Below are positions 1-9,100 of a DNA stretch of 64,000 bases, piece after piece; position 1 is the first letter of the stretch; each line of letters begins with the position of its first letter. A program made the translations under genes and the position numbers. Origin of the DNA: an uncultured bacterium (lineage in GTDB: Bacteria; Oederibacteriota; Oederibacteriia; Oederibacteriales; Oederibacteriaceae); contig OZ218778.1 of NCBI GenBank assembly GCA_965112635.1, positions 2,560,001 through 2,624,000 of the forward strand, written 5' to 3'. The notes under the pieces were generated by a model that saw nothing but the letters and a program-made list of their open reading frames with translations, ran no database searches and was not told the origin of the DNA.

Positions 1-1
1 G

Positions 2-649
2 ACCTCTACTCAAACATCCACTCCTAGCCAGACCTTTACCATCACCCAGACCTCCACCCAGACCAATTCACCGACCCAAACATTGACACCGTCCGAAACC
101 CTGACCTCCAGCCAGACCTTTACCGTGACGGTCACCGCGACTCAGACAGCCACCTTTACCCAGACCCTAACTGTTACTCAGACCCTGACCTCTAGCAACA
201 CCTTTACCGTGACCAACACCGTAACGCCTTCCCAAACTGTGACGCCAAGCCTGACCGTGACATCAAGCGCCACCCTGACCAGCTCCCTGACCTTTACCCC
301 GACTCCCAGCGGCAAACTACAAATTCTGCAGCATGTGCCCTACCCCAACCCGGTCCAGCATAATAATATGAGCATTTACGTGGAGCTGGCTGATGTCCCT
401 AATAAGATGAATTTCAAGCTTTACACCTGCGGGATGAGGCTGGTGCGGGCTTTCCATATTGAACAACCTGGGAATAATATGCAGATCGTGTATGACAACA
501 ATGTGGCCAGGTACGCCTACACGTTCAACTACGACCTTACGGACGGGAACGGCAACTTGCTCGCCAACGGCCTTTATTACTACGTGATCGAATCATCCAA
601 AAACCAGGTCAACTACAGGGTCATCGGCAAATTCTTCGTCCTGCGTTAA
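2..649 (+). CDS. 3' part of an exported protein: (T/S)-X stalk plus T9SS/FlgD-Ig-like C-terminal domain; truncated by the window edge
   Basis: Frame is open from position 2 (TSTQTSTPSQTF...). Tail reads PYPNP...DLTDGNGNLLANGLYYY...GKFFVLR and is nearly identical to the tail of 1800..4790. Confidence 0.8.
   Translation, partial: TSTQTSTPSQTFTITQTSTQTNSPTQTLTPSETLTSSQTFTVTVTATQTATFTQTLTVTQTLTSSNTFTVTNTVTPSQTVTPSLTVTSSATLTSSLTFTPTPSGKLQILQHVPYPNPVQHNNMSIYVELADVPNKMNFKLYTCGMRLVRAFHIEQPGNNMQIVYDNNVARYAYTFNYDLTDGNGNLLANGLYYYVIESSKNQVNYRVIGKFFVLR
56..649 (+). repeat. Direct repeat copy 1 (about 594 bp) of the stalk + C-terminal-domain cassette
   Basis: Aligns without indels to 4197..4790 (offset 4141); 420..523 is identical to 4561..4664. 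Confidence 0.9.
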
Positions 650-734
650 CAGCCCGCGGTTCTTCTCCAACCTTAACAGCATAACCATAGTAATTTGTGA
701 ATGATTTAGTTGTGAGCAGTGGACGAGGGGGGAA

Positions 735-1634
735 TTAACTTTTCTTCCGGGATACTAAGCGGAAAGCCCGCGGCGTCAGGCCGGTGACCCTCTTGAAGGC
801 TATGGTGAAGCTATGGCTGGAGGAAAAGCCCAGGTCCAGCCCTATCTTCTTGACCTGATCATTGGACTTGGCCAGCTTCTCACGGGCGCAATTAACACGC
901 TGGCGGAGATAGTAGTACGCTGGAGAAAGCCCTGTCTGTTTTTTGAACTGGTTCTTGAAATAGGAAAGAGCCCAGCCCAGTTTTTTGCTGATCTCGGATA
1001 AGGCCAGGGGCCTGGCCAGGTTTTGGTTCATGAGTTGTATGGCCTCTTTGACCAGCACCGATTGTCTCGGGGGACGCGCCACGTTCTGCCCTGCTCTTAA
1101 AACCGCCAAAAGAAGTTCCAACAAAGCAGCCCTGGTGTCCAATACCCTAAATGGGTTTTCGGGGAGACTGAGGTTGGCCAAAATCCGGTCAAAAGAAGTT
1201 TCCACCACAGCTGGAACCGGAAAACAGCACTGGGGCAGTTGCCGCAGCCTCGCGCATAACGCCCAGGCTTCTTCTTTAGGTAAACCTAAAAAGTTACCTT
1301 TCTTTTGCGCCTCGAAGGACACGCAGACCCAGTACATCTCACAGGGGGTGAAAAGATTCTCCGCTGCCCCGTGCTTTTCTTTGTGCTGGGTGATGGCTAC
1401 CTGACCGCTGCGCAGCTCATAAAAATGCGGCTCCTCTGACCCGAACCGCTTGCTCACCCCGCGTTTCATGTAAAGGATCTCCAGCGCGTCGTGGACGTGC
1501 AACTCATCCTCTTCGTTAATATGAGTTCTTTTTATGATAGTTTTCCCTGCGATCACCAATTCCGGGATACCAACCAACGGATCATAGTGATCAATGGCTG
1601 CGTAAAGGTGGTCGTTATGTTTTATTTTGCTCAA
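735..1634 (-). CDS. AraC family transcriptional regulator
   Basis: N-terminal cupin-like HxH motif (LHVHDALE) and C-terminal double HTH (YFKNQFKKQTG...LGFSSSHSFTIAFKRVTGLTP). Confidence 0.92.
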   Translation of the reverse strand: MSKIKHNDHLYAAIDHYDPLVGIPELVIAGKTIIKRTHINEEDELHVHDALEILYMKRGVSKRFGSEEPHFYELRSGQVAITQHKEKHGAAENLFTPCEMYWVCVSFEAQKKGNFLGLPKEEAWALCARLRQLPQCCFPVPAVVETSFDRILANLSLPENPFRVLDTRAALLELLLAVLRAGQNVARPPRQSVLVKEAIQLMNQNLARPLALSEISKKLGWALSYFKNQFKKQTGLSPAYYYLRQRVNCAREKLAKSNDQVKKIGLDLGFSSSHSFTIAFKRVTGLTPRAFRLVSRKKS

Positions 1635-1799
1635 TGTCCAGCTGCCCCTCCCCTAAAAACCATGAAAAACATAAGCAATATGCTTCCGAATAGTCACAAA
1701 GATACAGTGTACTTTTTGAACTATCATTTCAGAAACTCTACTCGGTCTTAGGTGTCTAATTATACATAAATAAACTACCGATACACAAATCGGAGAAAC

Positions 1800-4790
1800 A
1801 TGATGGCTAAATTCAAAAATTTAATGGTTATCCTTACCCTGATCATTATTTTACCCCCGCTGGTTTTTGCGGAGAATTGGCCGGGCTATAAGGGATTTCT
1901 AAAAGACAGCTTTTCCAGCGTCACCATTACTCCCTCTGCCCTAGGTTTAAAATGGGCCAAGCGTTTTACCTACCTAGCTCCCGATAACCATGATACAGGC
2001 GGTCACCTCGCCTGCGAACATTCCCGCAATATCGTCCTCCTAAACGGCAAACTGGCGCTCTGCGGTTCTGTGGACCCCAACGCCGCTACCAACACCAATG
2101 TCTGCTATATCACCATCCTCGATGCCAATACCGGCAACGCTTTAAATTGTCTCACGACCAGCCAAAGATGGGGCCCTTACAAAAACATGATAGACGTCTG
2201 CGACGCCGAGGAAGCGGAACAAATTTTAATGTGGGACCCTGACACAGGCTATTTATTCATTGACGCTGGCGGCGACATGGCCGACAAAACCGCTATCGAT
2301 CCCCTGGCCAATTCCGGCTCCTTTGACGGCACCGATGCGCAGATAGCCTTCGGGGCCTATGGGAACCTCGCCACCAACTGGCCCAGCATTCGCAGCGTCC
2401 GCACCTACAGCGAAGTGGGCAATACTGATAATAACGGTTTGACCCGTGCGGAATGTTACAGCCAAAAAACCGACGCCGAAGGTATGGCCCCTGATGCATG
2501 GGATTACGGCACTACGGGAAACGGCTCTAACCAGGATGGTTTCAATGATTGTGAGCCTGGAAGTGAATATCTCGTAGCCAGTAAAAACGAGGGTCATGAT
2601 GTGGCAGGCGGTGTGATGCTCATCAACAAATACACAGGCCTGGCTGCCAGCCATGATTGGGACCAGGCCTACAACACCTATCTGGGCTGGCCCGTATTTA
2701 AAATGTGGGGAGGCTTCCTGGTCAACCAGGACAAAGCTTACTATATGGGCCCTTATGACCCCACTGTTCCCGGCAACAGTTCTAGCCCCAATGCCAATGA
2801 TGTCCAAAAGGGCCTGCAGTTGGGCTGTCTGCAATACCAGGACCAAAACCAGTATCCCTTGGACGGAGGTTATACCGGAAATGGCATGAATGAAACCGCG
2901 GTCAAAATTGCCAGCGTATTCAACTATACCTTCACCAGTGCCGGCCAGGCCTGGCAGGAAACCGATGGTACCTATAGGAACAAAGCCTTTCTCCTGGATA
3001 GCGCGACCGGCGGTGTCTGGGCAGCTTGGAAACCGACCGTGGCCGGCACGGTCCAGCTGGTCAACGCCACTCCGTCAACCAGCCAGACCTATAACTTGTC
3101 CGTGGGAACCAATATGCAACAGGCGGATATCTGGCCCAACATGGCCTTGGCCAACCTGGGCGCTGCCGGAAAATATATCGTCTACGCCATATTCAACGCG
3201 CAAACTCCCACTAACAGAGGCGGTCCGGCAGGACATCCGGGCAACCAGCCCACGGGTCCAGCCTTAGCGCCGACAGGCCCAAGCACACTCACGGTTTTTG
3301 ACTGCAATGCTGGGACTGAAAAATGGACCTACCAGTTGAACAACACTGCAGGGAACGGCAACTACCCGACACTTTCCCCCAACATGTTCGTACTATACTC
3401 CGAAAGGGAAAGGATGATCGTCACGGGAAATTATGCCTATGTATCCTGGATAGATATGCAGACCGGACCTAATTTGAAATTAAATGTGGTGGGCTTTGAC
3501 ATTACCGCGAACAGCGCCCCAGCCGTGCCCCCCACTCCCTTTACTTATGACCTGGGCGTGGCCCTTAACGGCAGCACGACCGCGGGACAGGGCGGGAATA
3601 TGGCCAGCCGCGCCACGGACATGATCGCGGCCGACGGCACCCTCTACGTGCTGGTGGACGAGGAAACCCTGGTCAATGGTGACGGCGGTCTTACCACCCG
3701 ACCCGGTTACCTCAATGCCCAGCAAATCATTGCCTTGAGCCAGGCCGCCCAAACCCCGACCTTTACCTCCACCCCGACCTCCACGAGCACGGCTACAGCG
3801 ACGCGCACCGTCACCCAGTCCCCTACGATAAGCCCCACCTTGACGGCCACGGTCACCTCCAGCCAGACCACCACTAGATCTCAGACCGTAACCCCATCCC
3901 TGACCCTCACTCCCAGTCTGACCGCTACCATAACCACCACCTCAACGCAGACCGTGACCAGCTCCCAAACCGTAACTCCTTCTCTGACCCCTACTCCCAG
4001 CCTGACCTTTACTATCACCACCACCTCCACCCAGACCTATACCGCGACGCAGACCCTGACCTCTTCTAAAACACCTACTTCCAGTCAGACCTTTACAATC
4101 ACCACTACCTTCACTCAGACCTGCACCTCTACGCAAACTCTGACCTTTACCCAGACATCCACGGCCACCCAGACCGCCACGGCTACCAACACAGCCACCC
4201 AGACCTATTCACCCACTCAGACCCTGACCCCTTCGCAAACCCTGACTTCCAGCCAGACCTTTACCGTGACAGTCACCGCGACCCAGACTGTCACCTTTAC
4301 CCAAACCGCGACCTTTACTCAGACCCTGACCTCTAGCAACACCTTTACCGTGACCAACACCGTGACGCCTTCCCAGACTGTGACCCCCAGCCTGACTGTG
4401 ACTTCAAGCGCCACCCTGACCAGCTCCCTGACTTTTACCCCGACTCCCAGCGGCAAACTGCAGATCCTGCAGCATGTGCCCTACCCCAACCCTGTCCAGC
4501 ATAATAATATGAGCATTTATGTGGAGCTGGCTGACGTGCCCGGCAGGATGAATTTCAAGTTTTACACCTGCGGGATGAGGCTGGTGCGGGCTTTCCATAT
4601 TGAACAACCTGGGAATAATATGCAGATCGTGTATGACAACAATGTGGCCAGGTACGCCTACACGCTTAACTACGACCTTACGGACGGGAACGGCAACTTG
4701 CTTGCCAACGGTCTGTATTATTACGCCATTGAGACCAGTAATAGCGCTATGAAGTACAGGGTCATCGGCAAATTCGTCGTCCTGCGCTGA
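1800..4790 (+). CDS. Large secreted protein: signal peptide, uncharacterised PQQ-like beta-propeller head, (T/S)-X stalk, T9SS-like C-terminal domain
   Basis: Signal peptide ending VFA|EN; propeller-like motifs LDANTG, INKYTG, LDSATG, FDCNAG..KW; Thr stalk at 3753..4454; YPNP-type tail. Confidence 0.75.
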   Translation: MMAKFKNLMVILTLIIILPPLVFAENWPGYKGFLKDSFSSVTITPSALGLKWAKRFTYLAPDNHDTGGHLACEHSRNIVLLNGKLALCGSVDPNAATNTNVCYITILDANTGNALNCLTTSQRWGPYKNMIDVCDAEEAEQILMWDPDTGYLFIDAGGDMADKTAIDPLANSGSFDGTDAQIAFGAYGNLATNWPSIRSVRTYSEVGNTDNNGLTRAECYSQKTDAEGMAPDAWDYGTTGNGSNQDGFNDCEPGSEYLVASKNEGHDVAGGVMLINKYTGLAASHDWDQAYNTYLGWPVFKMWGGFLVNQDKAYYMGPYDPTVPGNSSSPNANDVQKGLQLGCLQYQDQNQYPLDGGYTGNGMNETAVKIASVFNYTFTSAGQAWQETDGTYRNKAFLLDSATGGVWAAWKPTVAGTVQLVNATPSTSQTYNLSVGTNMQQADIWPNMALANLGAAGKYIVYAIFNAQTPTNRGGPAGHPGNQPTGPALAPTGPSTLTVFDCNAGTEKWTYQLNNTAGNGNYPTLSPNMFVLYSERERMIVTGNYAYVSWIDMQTGPNLKLNVVGFDITANSAPAVPPTPFTYDLGVALNGSTTAGQGGNMASRATDMIAADGTLYVLVDEETLVNGDGGLTTRPGYLNAQQIIALSQAAQTPTFTSTPTSTSTATATRTVTQSPTISPTLTATVTSSQTTTRSQTVTPSLTLTPSLTATITTTSTQTVTSSQTVTPSLTPTPSLTFTITTTSTQTYTATQTLTSSKTPTSSQTFTITTTFTQTCTSTQTLTFTQTSTATQTATATNTATQTYSPTQTLTPSQTLTSSQTFTVTVTATQTVTFTQTATFTQTLTSSNTFTVTNTVTPSQTVTPSLTVTSSATLTSSLTFTPTPSGKLQILQHVPYPNPVQHNNMSIYVELADVPGRMNFKFYTCGMRLVRAFHIEQPGNNMQIVYDNNVARYAYTLNYDLTDGNGNLLANGLYYYAIETSNSAMKYRVIGKFVVLR
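4197..4790 (+). repeat. Direct repeat copy 2 of the stalk + C-terminal-domain cassette
   Basis: Collinear with 56..649; most differences are at codon third positions, plus two short divergent patches. Confidence 0.9.
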
Positions 4791-4878
4791 TAGGCCTACA
4801 CCCTACCCTACTTTATCCCTTGCTAGCTAATAATCCGAACAGTTAACCAGAGAGAATATAGGATAGCTACCAGGCCCT

Positions 4879-7800
4879 TCATTTCAATACAATGAATTTT
4901 TTAGGTCCAATCTTGGTAGAACCCTGGTAGGTGTATGTTGAGCTGTATTTCATGCTGACCATGTACAGGTAAACACCGGATACGAAATTCCTGACATCCA
5001 AAATGCTCGCCTGCGGCCCTCCCTGCTTTTGCTCCTCTATGGTCGCCACCAGTTCCGCGGCTTCATTATATACCCGTATCTTCACAGTCCCCGGCCCTGC
5101 CATCAGGTAAACAATGGTCGCTGAATCCCCTGTTGCCGGCGATGGGTAAATAAACGAAGTACCAAGGGTTGGAGGGGTTGTGATAAAAGTCGGCGTGTTA
5201 GTAAAAGTCAACGAAGGCGTAAAGGTCATAGACGGGGTCTGGGTCTGCGAAGGCGTAGAGGTCTGGGTCGAGGTATAGGTCTGCGTCCCCGTCATGGTCA
5301 CCGTGAAGGTCATGGTGACTGTGAAAGTCTGCGTGATCGTGGCAGTCTGGGTTGCCGTATTGGTCTGTGTGGCCGTGGCGGTCACCGTGGGAGTATTGGT
5401 CGCGGTGCCTGTCTGGGTTACGGTGGCGGTCTGGCTGGAGGTCAGGGTTTGGGTCAAGGTCATGGTGCTGGTCCCTGTCATGGTGCTGGTAGCGGTCACG
5501 GTAATGGTTGCAGTCTGCGTGCTGGTGGCTGTCTGGGTAGCGGTAGGGGTACTGGTCCAGGTCTGGGTAATAGTAAAGGTTAGGCTGGAGGTCAGAGTTT
5601 GCGAAGGGGTCAGGGTCTGGCTCGGCGTCAGGGTCTGCGTCGCGGTATAGGTCTGGGTGCCTGTGCTGGAAGGTGTCAGTGTCAGGCTGGGGGTCAAGGT
5701 CATGCTGGGGGTCAGGGTTATGGTCGCCGTGGCGGTCTGGGTCCCTGTGGTCGTAGGAGTACGGGTAGCACTTGGCGTCATAGTCTGGGTGGCCGTATAG
5801 GTGAGCGTCGTCGTCGCCGAACTGGTGGAGGTCGGGGTCGAGGTAGAGGTGTTCTGATTTTGCTTCCAGGCGCCTCCGCCGTAAGACCCAAGATATATCA
5901 TGTTATTGGCAGTGTCAAAAGTCATCCGATGCGGCGATTCATAAGGCAGACCCGTCAGCCTTGTCCAAGTGCCGCCGCTGTCCAAGCTTTTCCACAAACC
6001 CTGCCCGCTGGTGGTCAGGTACATGGTAGAGCTGGTGACCGGGTCAAAGATGGGCTGGAACCCGATGATTCGAGGAAAGATTAGTCCCGGGTCTACGTTG
6101 CACTGGGTCCAAAGCCCGCCCCCGTTGATGGTCTTGTAAAGCCCCGCGTCGCCCGAAGGCTGCCAGCCGTTGGTAAAGGTCATATACACGATACTACTGT
6201 TGGACGGGTCCACGTTATATTCCTGGGGCGTATAGGCCGGACTGCCCCCGTCTACGTTGGCGGAAATATTGGTCCAAGTCACGCCGTGGTTCACGGACTT
6301 AAAAAGCCCTCCCGGGTTGGTATAACCAGGTCCGTCCCCAACAATGAGGCAGAACATGGTCCCATCGCTGTGCATCCTCAAGGTATAAAGATGCGTATTG
6401 GTCCCCACAGCCAGAGAACTGTCGGACCATTTGCTCCAGTTGGTGCCTCCGTTGGTGGACCTATAAACAGCACCAGGGGTTGTGCTGGAAGACCCGTAAG
6501 CCGTGGCATAGATAGTGGCGGGATTGGTGGACTGGTCCGCGGTCAGGGAAGTGATGGGCAGAGGCAGGCCGTTGTAGGTCGGTAAACCGGTGTGGTAGGA
6601 ATCGCTCCAAGTGACGCCTTTATCTATGCTTTTGATGACTCCCCCGCACACCCAGGAACCGGGAAAAGTGGGTCCGCTTACTTTTGACGGAATATCATGC
6701 TGCCAGGACTGCGCCGCGTAAACCCAGGAAGTTTTACCCGCATGGGAATCAAAAGCCAGGGCATAGATGGTATTGATCACATAGGGTTTGGGACCCGAAT
6801 ACCAGTTCACCCCGCTGTCCGTGCTGTAGGCATAACCGATATCGGTATAGCAGATATAGTGATAGCTGGGATCGGCCGGGTTGATGTAATAATTATGGAC
6901 CCCGGTCACCTCCAGTCCCCGAGAGGTCCAGGGCTGGCTGGGCTGCAGTGTACCCACGGACGTGGAGTAGACCTGCTGCCAGTTATTTCCCCCATCCACA
7001 CTGGAATAAATGTCCCCGCTGTTACTGGCCATCACCTGGTTGGTGTTAGTAGGATTAACGCTCAACCCGTTGAGAAAAGGACCTACCCAGTCGGACTGGA
7101 CCAGGTCAAAAGTTTCCCAGCCAACCGTGACGTTCGGGGGCTGGGGGCCGTACCCGTTCCAATTGACGTTAAAAACCTGGGTCCAGGCACCGCCATCATT
7201 GGTGGTTTTATAAACCTCAGCGCCCAGAGGCGCGACTGTGTCGGTCACATAGGCCGTATCCGGCGCATTGTCGGCCACGGCCAGGAGATAATTGGTGGTG
7301 TTGCCGTCACTGGTGGTAGGGGTCCAGTTCCCCCCGTTGATGGACACATAGACCGGCTGGCCGGGCATGACCACATAGGCGGCCTCGCGGTTGGACGGGC
7401 TGGTCACACTGCCTCCGGCAAAGCTGGTCGGGTAAGAGGATCCGGTAAACGCGGGAAGCCCGGTATTAAAAGGGGCCCAGGTGGCTCCCTGGTTCAAGGA
7501 CCGGTAAACTCCCTGGCTGGTGCCGCAATAGCAGGTGCGGTTGCCCTGCTGTGTTGTCTGGTCCACCAGGAAATTAACCACAAAACCGCTGATAGTAGGG
7601 CACAGGGTCCAATTTACTCCGCCGTTGATGCTCCGGTAGGCCTTGGTGGGCGTGCCCACGAACATCAGGGAAGCGTCCCCCCGGTCAATGTAAATGCAGG
7701 TCAAATACTCCGACCAGGGCCCATTCACCACGCTCCAGGTATTGCCCTGGTCTGTGGTCTTTAAAAGATAGGAGGCATAATTGCTTTTTTGGTCGCCAAA

Positions 7801-8163
7801 ACCCCAGACCGTATTGACATCCGTGGGGCTGAAAGCAAAAGGGCACTGGCGGTCCCTGATCAGGTTCCCGTCCCCGGGAACATTCACCAGGGAATTGATC
7901 TGCATGAAATCCAACATGACCCAGGTGTTGCCGCCATCCACCGAACGGTAAAATCCTCCCATATCGCAGGAACAAAAGATCAGGTTGGAATTCAGTGGGG
8001 AAATGGACGGGGCATAGATGGTACCTCCTCCGCCCAATCCCACGGGAGTCCAGGTAATGGTCTGCCCGGACAATATTCCTGCTAGGTTAAGACACAGCGC
8101 AACCGCCAGGAAAATGCAGTAAAACTCGTATTTACAGGCCATTATAGAGGTTCTCATCCACAA
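4879..8163 (-). CDS. Secreted BNR/Asp-box (VPS10/GH74-like) double beta-propeller with (T/S)-X stalk and T9SS type A-like C-terminal domain
   Basis: Many SxDxGxTW Asp-boxes; GH74-like motifs CDMGG and YTDIG; stalk at 5185..5850; tail IYPSP...SGVYLY...KKFIVLK. Confidence 0.8.
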   Translation of the reverse strand: MWMRTSIMACKYEFYCIFLAVALCLNLAGILSGQTITWTPVGLGGGGTIYAPSISPLNSNLIFCSCDMGGFYRSVDGGNTWVMLDFMQINSLVNVPGDGNLIRDRQCPFAFSPTDVNTVWGFGDQKSNYASYLLKTTDQGNTWSVVNGPWSEYLTCIYIDRGDASLMFVGTPTKAYRSINGGVNWTLCPTISGFVVNFLVDQTTQQGNRTCYCGTSQGVYRSLNQGATWAPFNTGLPAFTGSSYPTSFAGGSVTSPSNREAAYVVMPGQPVYVSINGGNWTPTTSDGNTTNYLLAVADNAPDTAYVTDTVAPLGAEVYKTTNDGGAWTQVFNVNWNGYGPQPPNVTVGWETFDLVQSDWVGPFLNGLSVNPTNTNQVMASNSGDIYSSVDGGNNWQQVYSTSVGTLQPSQPWTSRGLEVTGVHNYYINPADPSYHYICYTDIGYAYSTDSGVNWYSGPKPYVINTIYALAFDSHAGKTSWVYAAQSWQHDIPSKVSGPTFPGSWVCGGVIKSIDKGVTWSDSYHTGLPTYNGLPLPITSLTADQSTNPATIYATAYGSSSTTPGAVYRSTNGGTNWSKWSDSSLAVGTNTHLYTLRMHSDGTMFCLIVGDGPGYTNPGGLFKSVNHGVTWTNISANVDGGSPAYTPQEYNVDPSNSSIVYMTFTNGWQPSGDAGLYKTINGGGLWTQCNVDPGLIFPRIIGFQPIFDPVTSSTMYLTTSGQGLWKSLDSGGTWTRLTGLPYESPHRMTFDTANNMIYLGSYGGGAWKQNQNTSTSTPTSTSSATTTLTYTATQTMTPSATRTPTTTGTQTATATITLTPSMTLTPSLTLTPSSTGTQTYTATQTLTPSQTLTPSQTLTSSLTFTITQTWTSTPTATQTATSTQTATITVTATSTMTGTSTMTLTQTLTSSQTATVTQTGTATNTPTVTATATQTNTATQTATITQTFTVTMTFTVTMTGTQTYTSTQTSTPSQTQTPSMTFTPSLTFTNTPTFITTPPTLGTSFIYPSPATGDSATIVYLMAGPGTVKIRVYNEAAELVATIEEQKQGGPQASILDVRNFVSGVYLYMVSMKYSSTYTYQGSTKIGPKKFIVLK

Positions 8164-8287
8164 CCTCCTTAAAATTTAAGTATATCACTTCTAGGCTTGT
8201 CTGATTGGACAACAAAAAAACGTCTAAGTTCCACATTTTTAAAGGAATTTAATTGGAATTTGGGAGGAAAGGTTACAGGAGATAAAG

Positions 8288-9097
8288 CTATATGGCCACA
8301 ACGCTGATTTTCAGTTTGTCCGCGGCTTTGATGAATTTTTCTCTTTCAATAAAAAGGGTCTTTCCGGCATTCACGGCCAGGGCGGTCACTCCGGCTTTTT
8401 TCAGCATGGTCAAAGTCTTTAAACCGACCACAGGAACGTCGAAACGCATATCTTGATGTGGCTTGCTGACCTTCACCACCACTAGGTTGCCGTGGGCTTC
8501 CCTGCCGGCCCTTTCAATGGTCTTATCCGTGCCTTCAATGGCTTCCACACCTATGACGGCCTGATTTTTGACCACCAGGGTCTGGCCTACGTCAATCCCG
8601 GCGATCACCTTGGCCATCCTGAGACCGAACCGGATGTCTTTCCACTCTTTGGGAGAAGGCGCCCTTTTGGAAAGCACTCCTTTTTCAGGAACAAGCTGGG
8701 AAAGGTATAAAAGGGAGTTCTTCAGCCTGATCCCCTCCTTGGCCAGTTCGCTGGCTACCGCGCCCAATAGCGAATTGGCCTTTTTGTCCTTGAGGCTTGC
8801 CAGGAGTTTCACCGCGCGCCAGTCAAAGGTCAGGGGTGAAAAAAGCAGGTGGTGCCTGACCTTGCCGGCCATCACCACTTCTTTGATGCCGTATTTTTTC
8901 AGGATCCTGATGAGCCGTCCCAGCTGTCCCACGTGGACCCATTCACAGACAAATGCTTCTTTTTCCAGTTGGCGGTTGGCGTCCTCTTTGATACCGACGG
9001 CGATCACATTGACCCCGTGCCGACGCGCGGCCCTCACGAATAGGATGGGGAACTGCCCGCTGCCCGCGATAAGCCCAATCCTCTTCTGTGGTTTCAT
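8288..9097 (-). CDS. lpxI: UDP-2,3-diacylglucosamine diphosphatase LpxI
   Basis: IGLIAGSGQFP, DVGQTLVV, EAIEGTD, KPHQDMRFDVPVVG motifs. Confidence 0.92.
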   Translation of the reverse strand: MKPQKRIGLIAGSGQFPILFVRAARRHGVNVIAVGIKEDANRQLEKEAFVCEWVHVGQLGRLIRILKKYGIKEVVMAGKVRHHLLFSPLTFDWRAVKLLASLKDKKANSLLGAVASELAKEGIRLKNSLLYLSQLVPEKGVLSKRAPSPKEWKDIRFGLRMAKVIAGIDVGQTLVVKNQAVIGVEAIEGTDKTIERAGREAHGNLVVVKVSKPHQDMRFDVPVVGLKTLTMLKKAGVTALAVNAGKTLFIEREKFIKAADKLKISVVAI

Positions 9098-9100
9098 CCT

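Noticed and set aside
56-4790. Diversity-generating retroelement TR/VR pair
   Set aside because: Differences between the copies are not adenine-specific, both copies are coding, and no reverse transcriptase is in the window.
5294-7764. Long antisense ORFs (5294..5650 Val-rich, 5599..6084, 6697..7764)
   Set aside because: They are shadows of the ACN-rich stalk and propeller gene on the opposite strand, with no RBS or domain signal.
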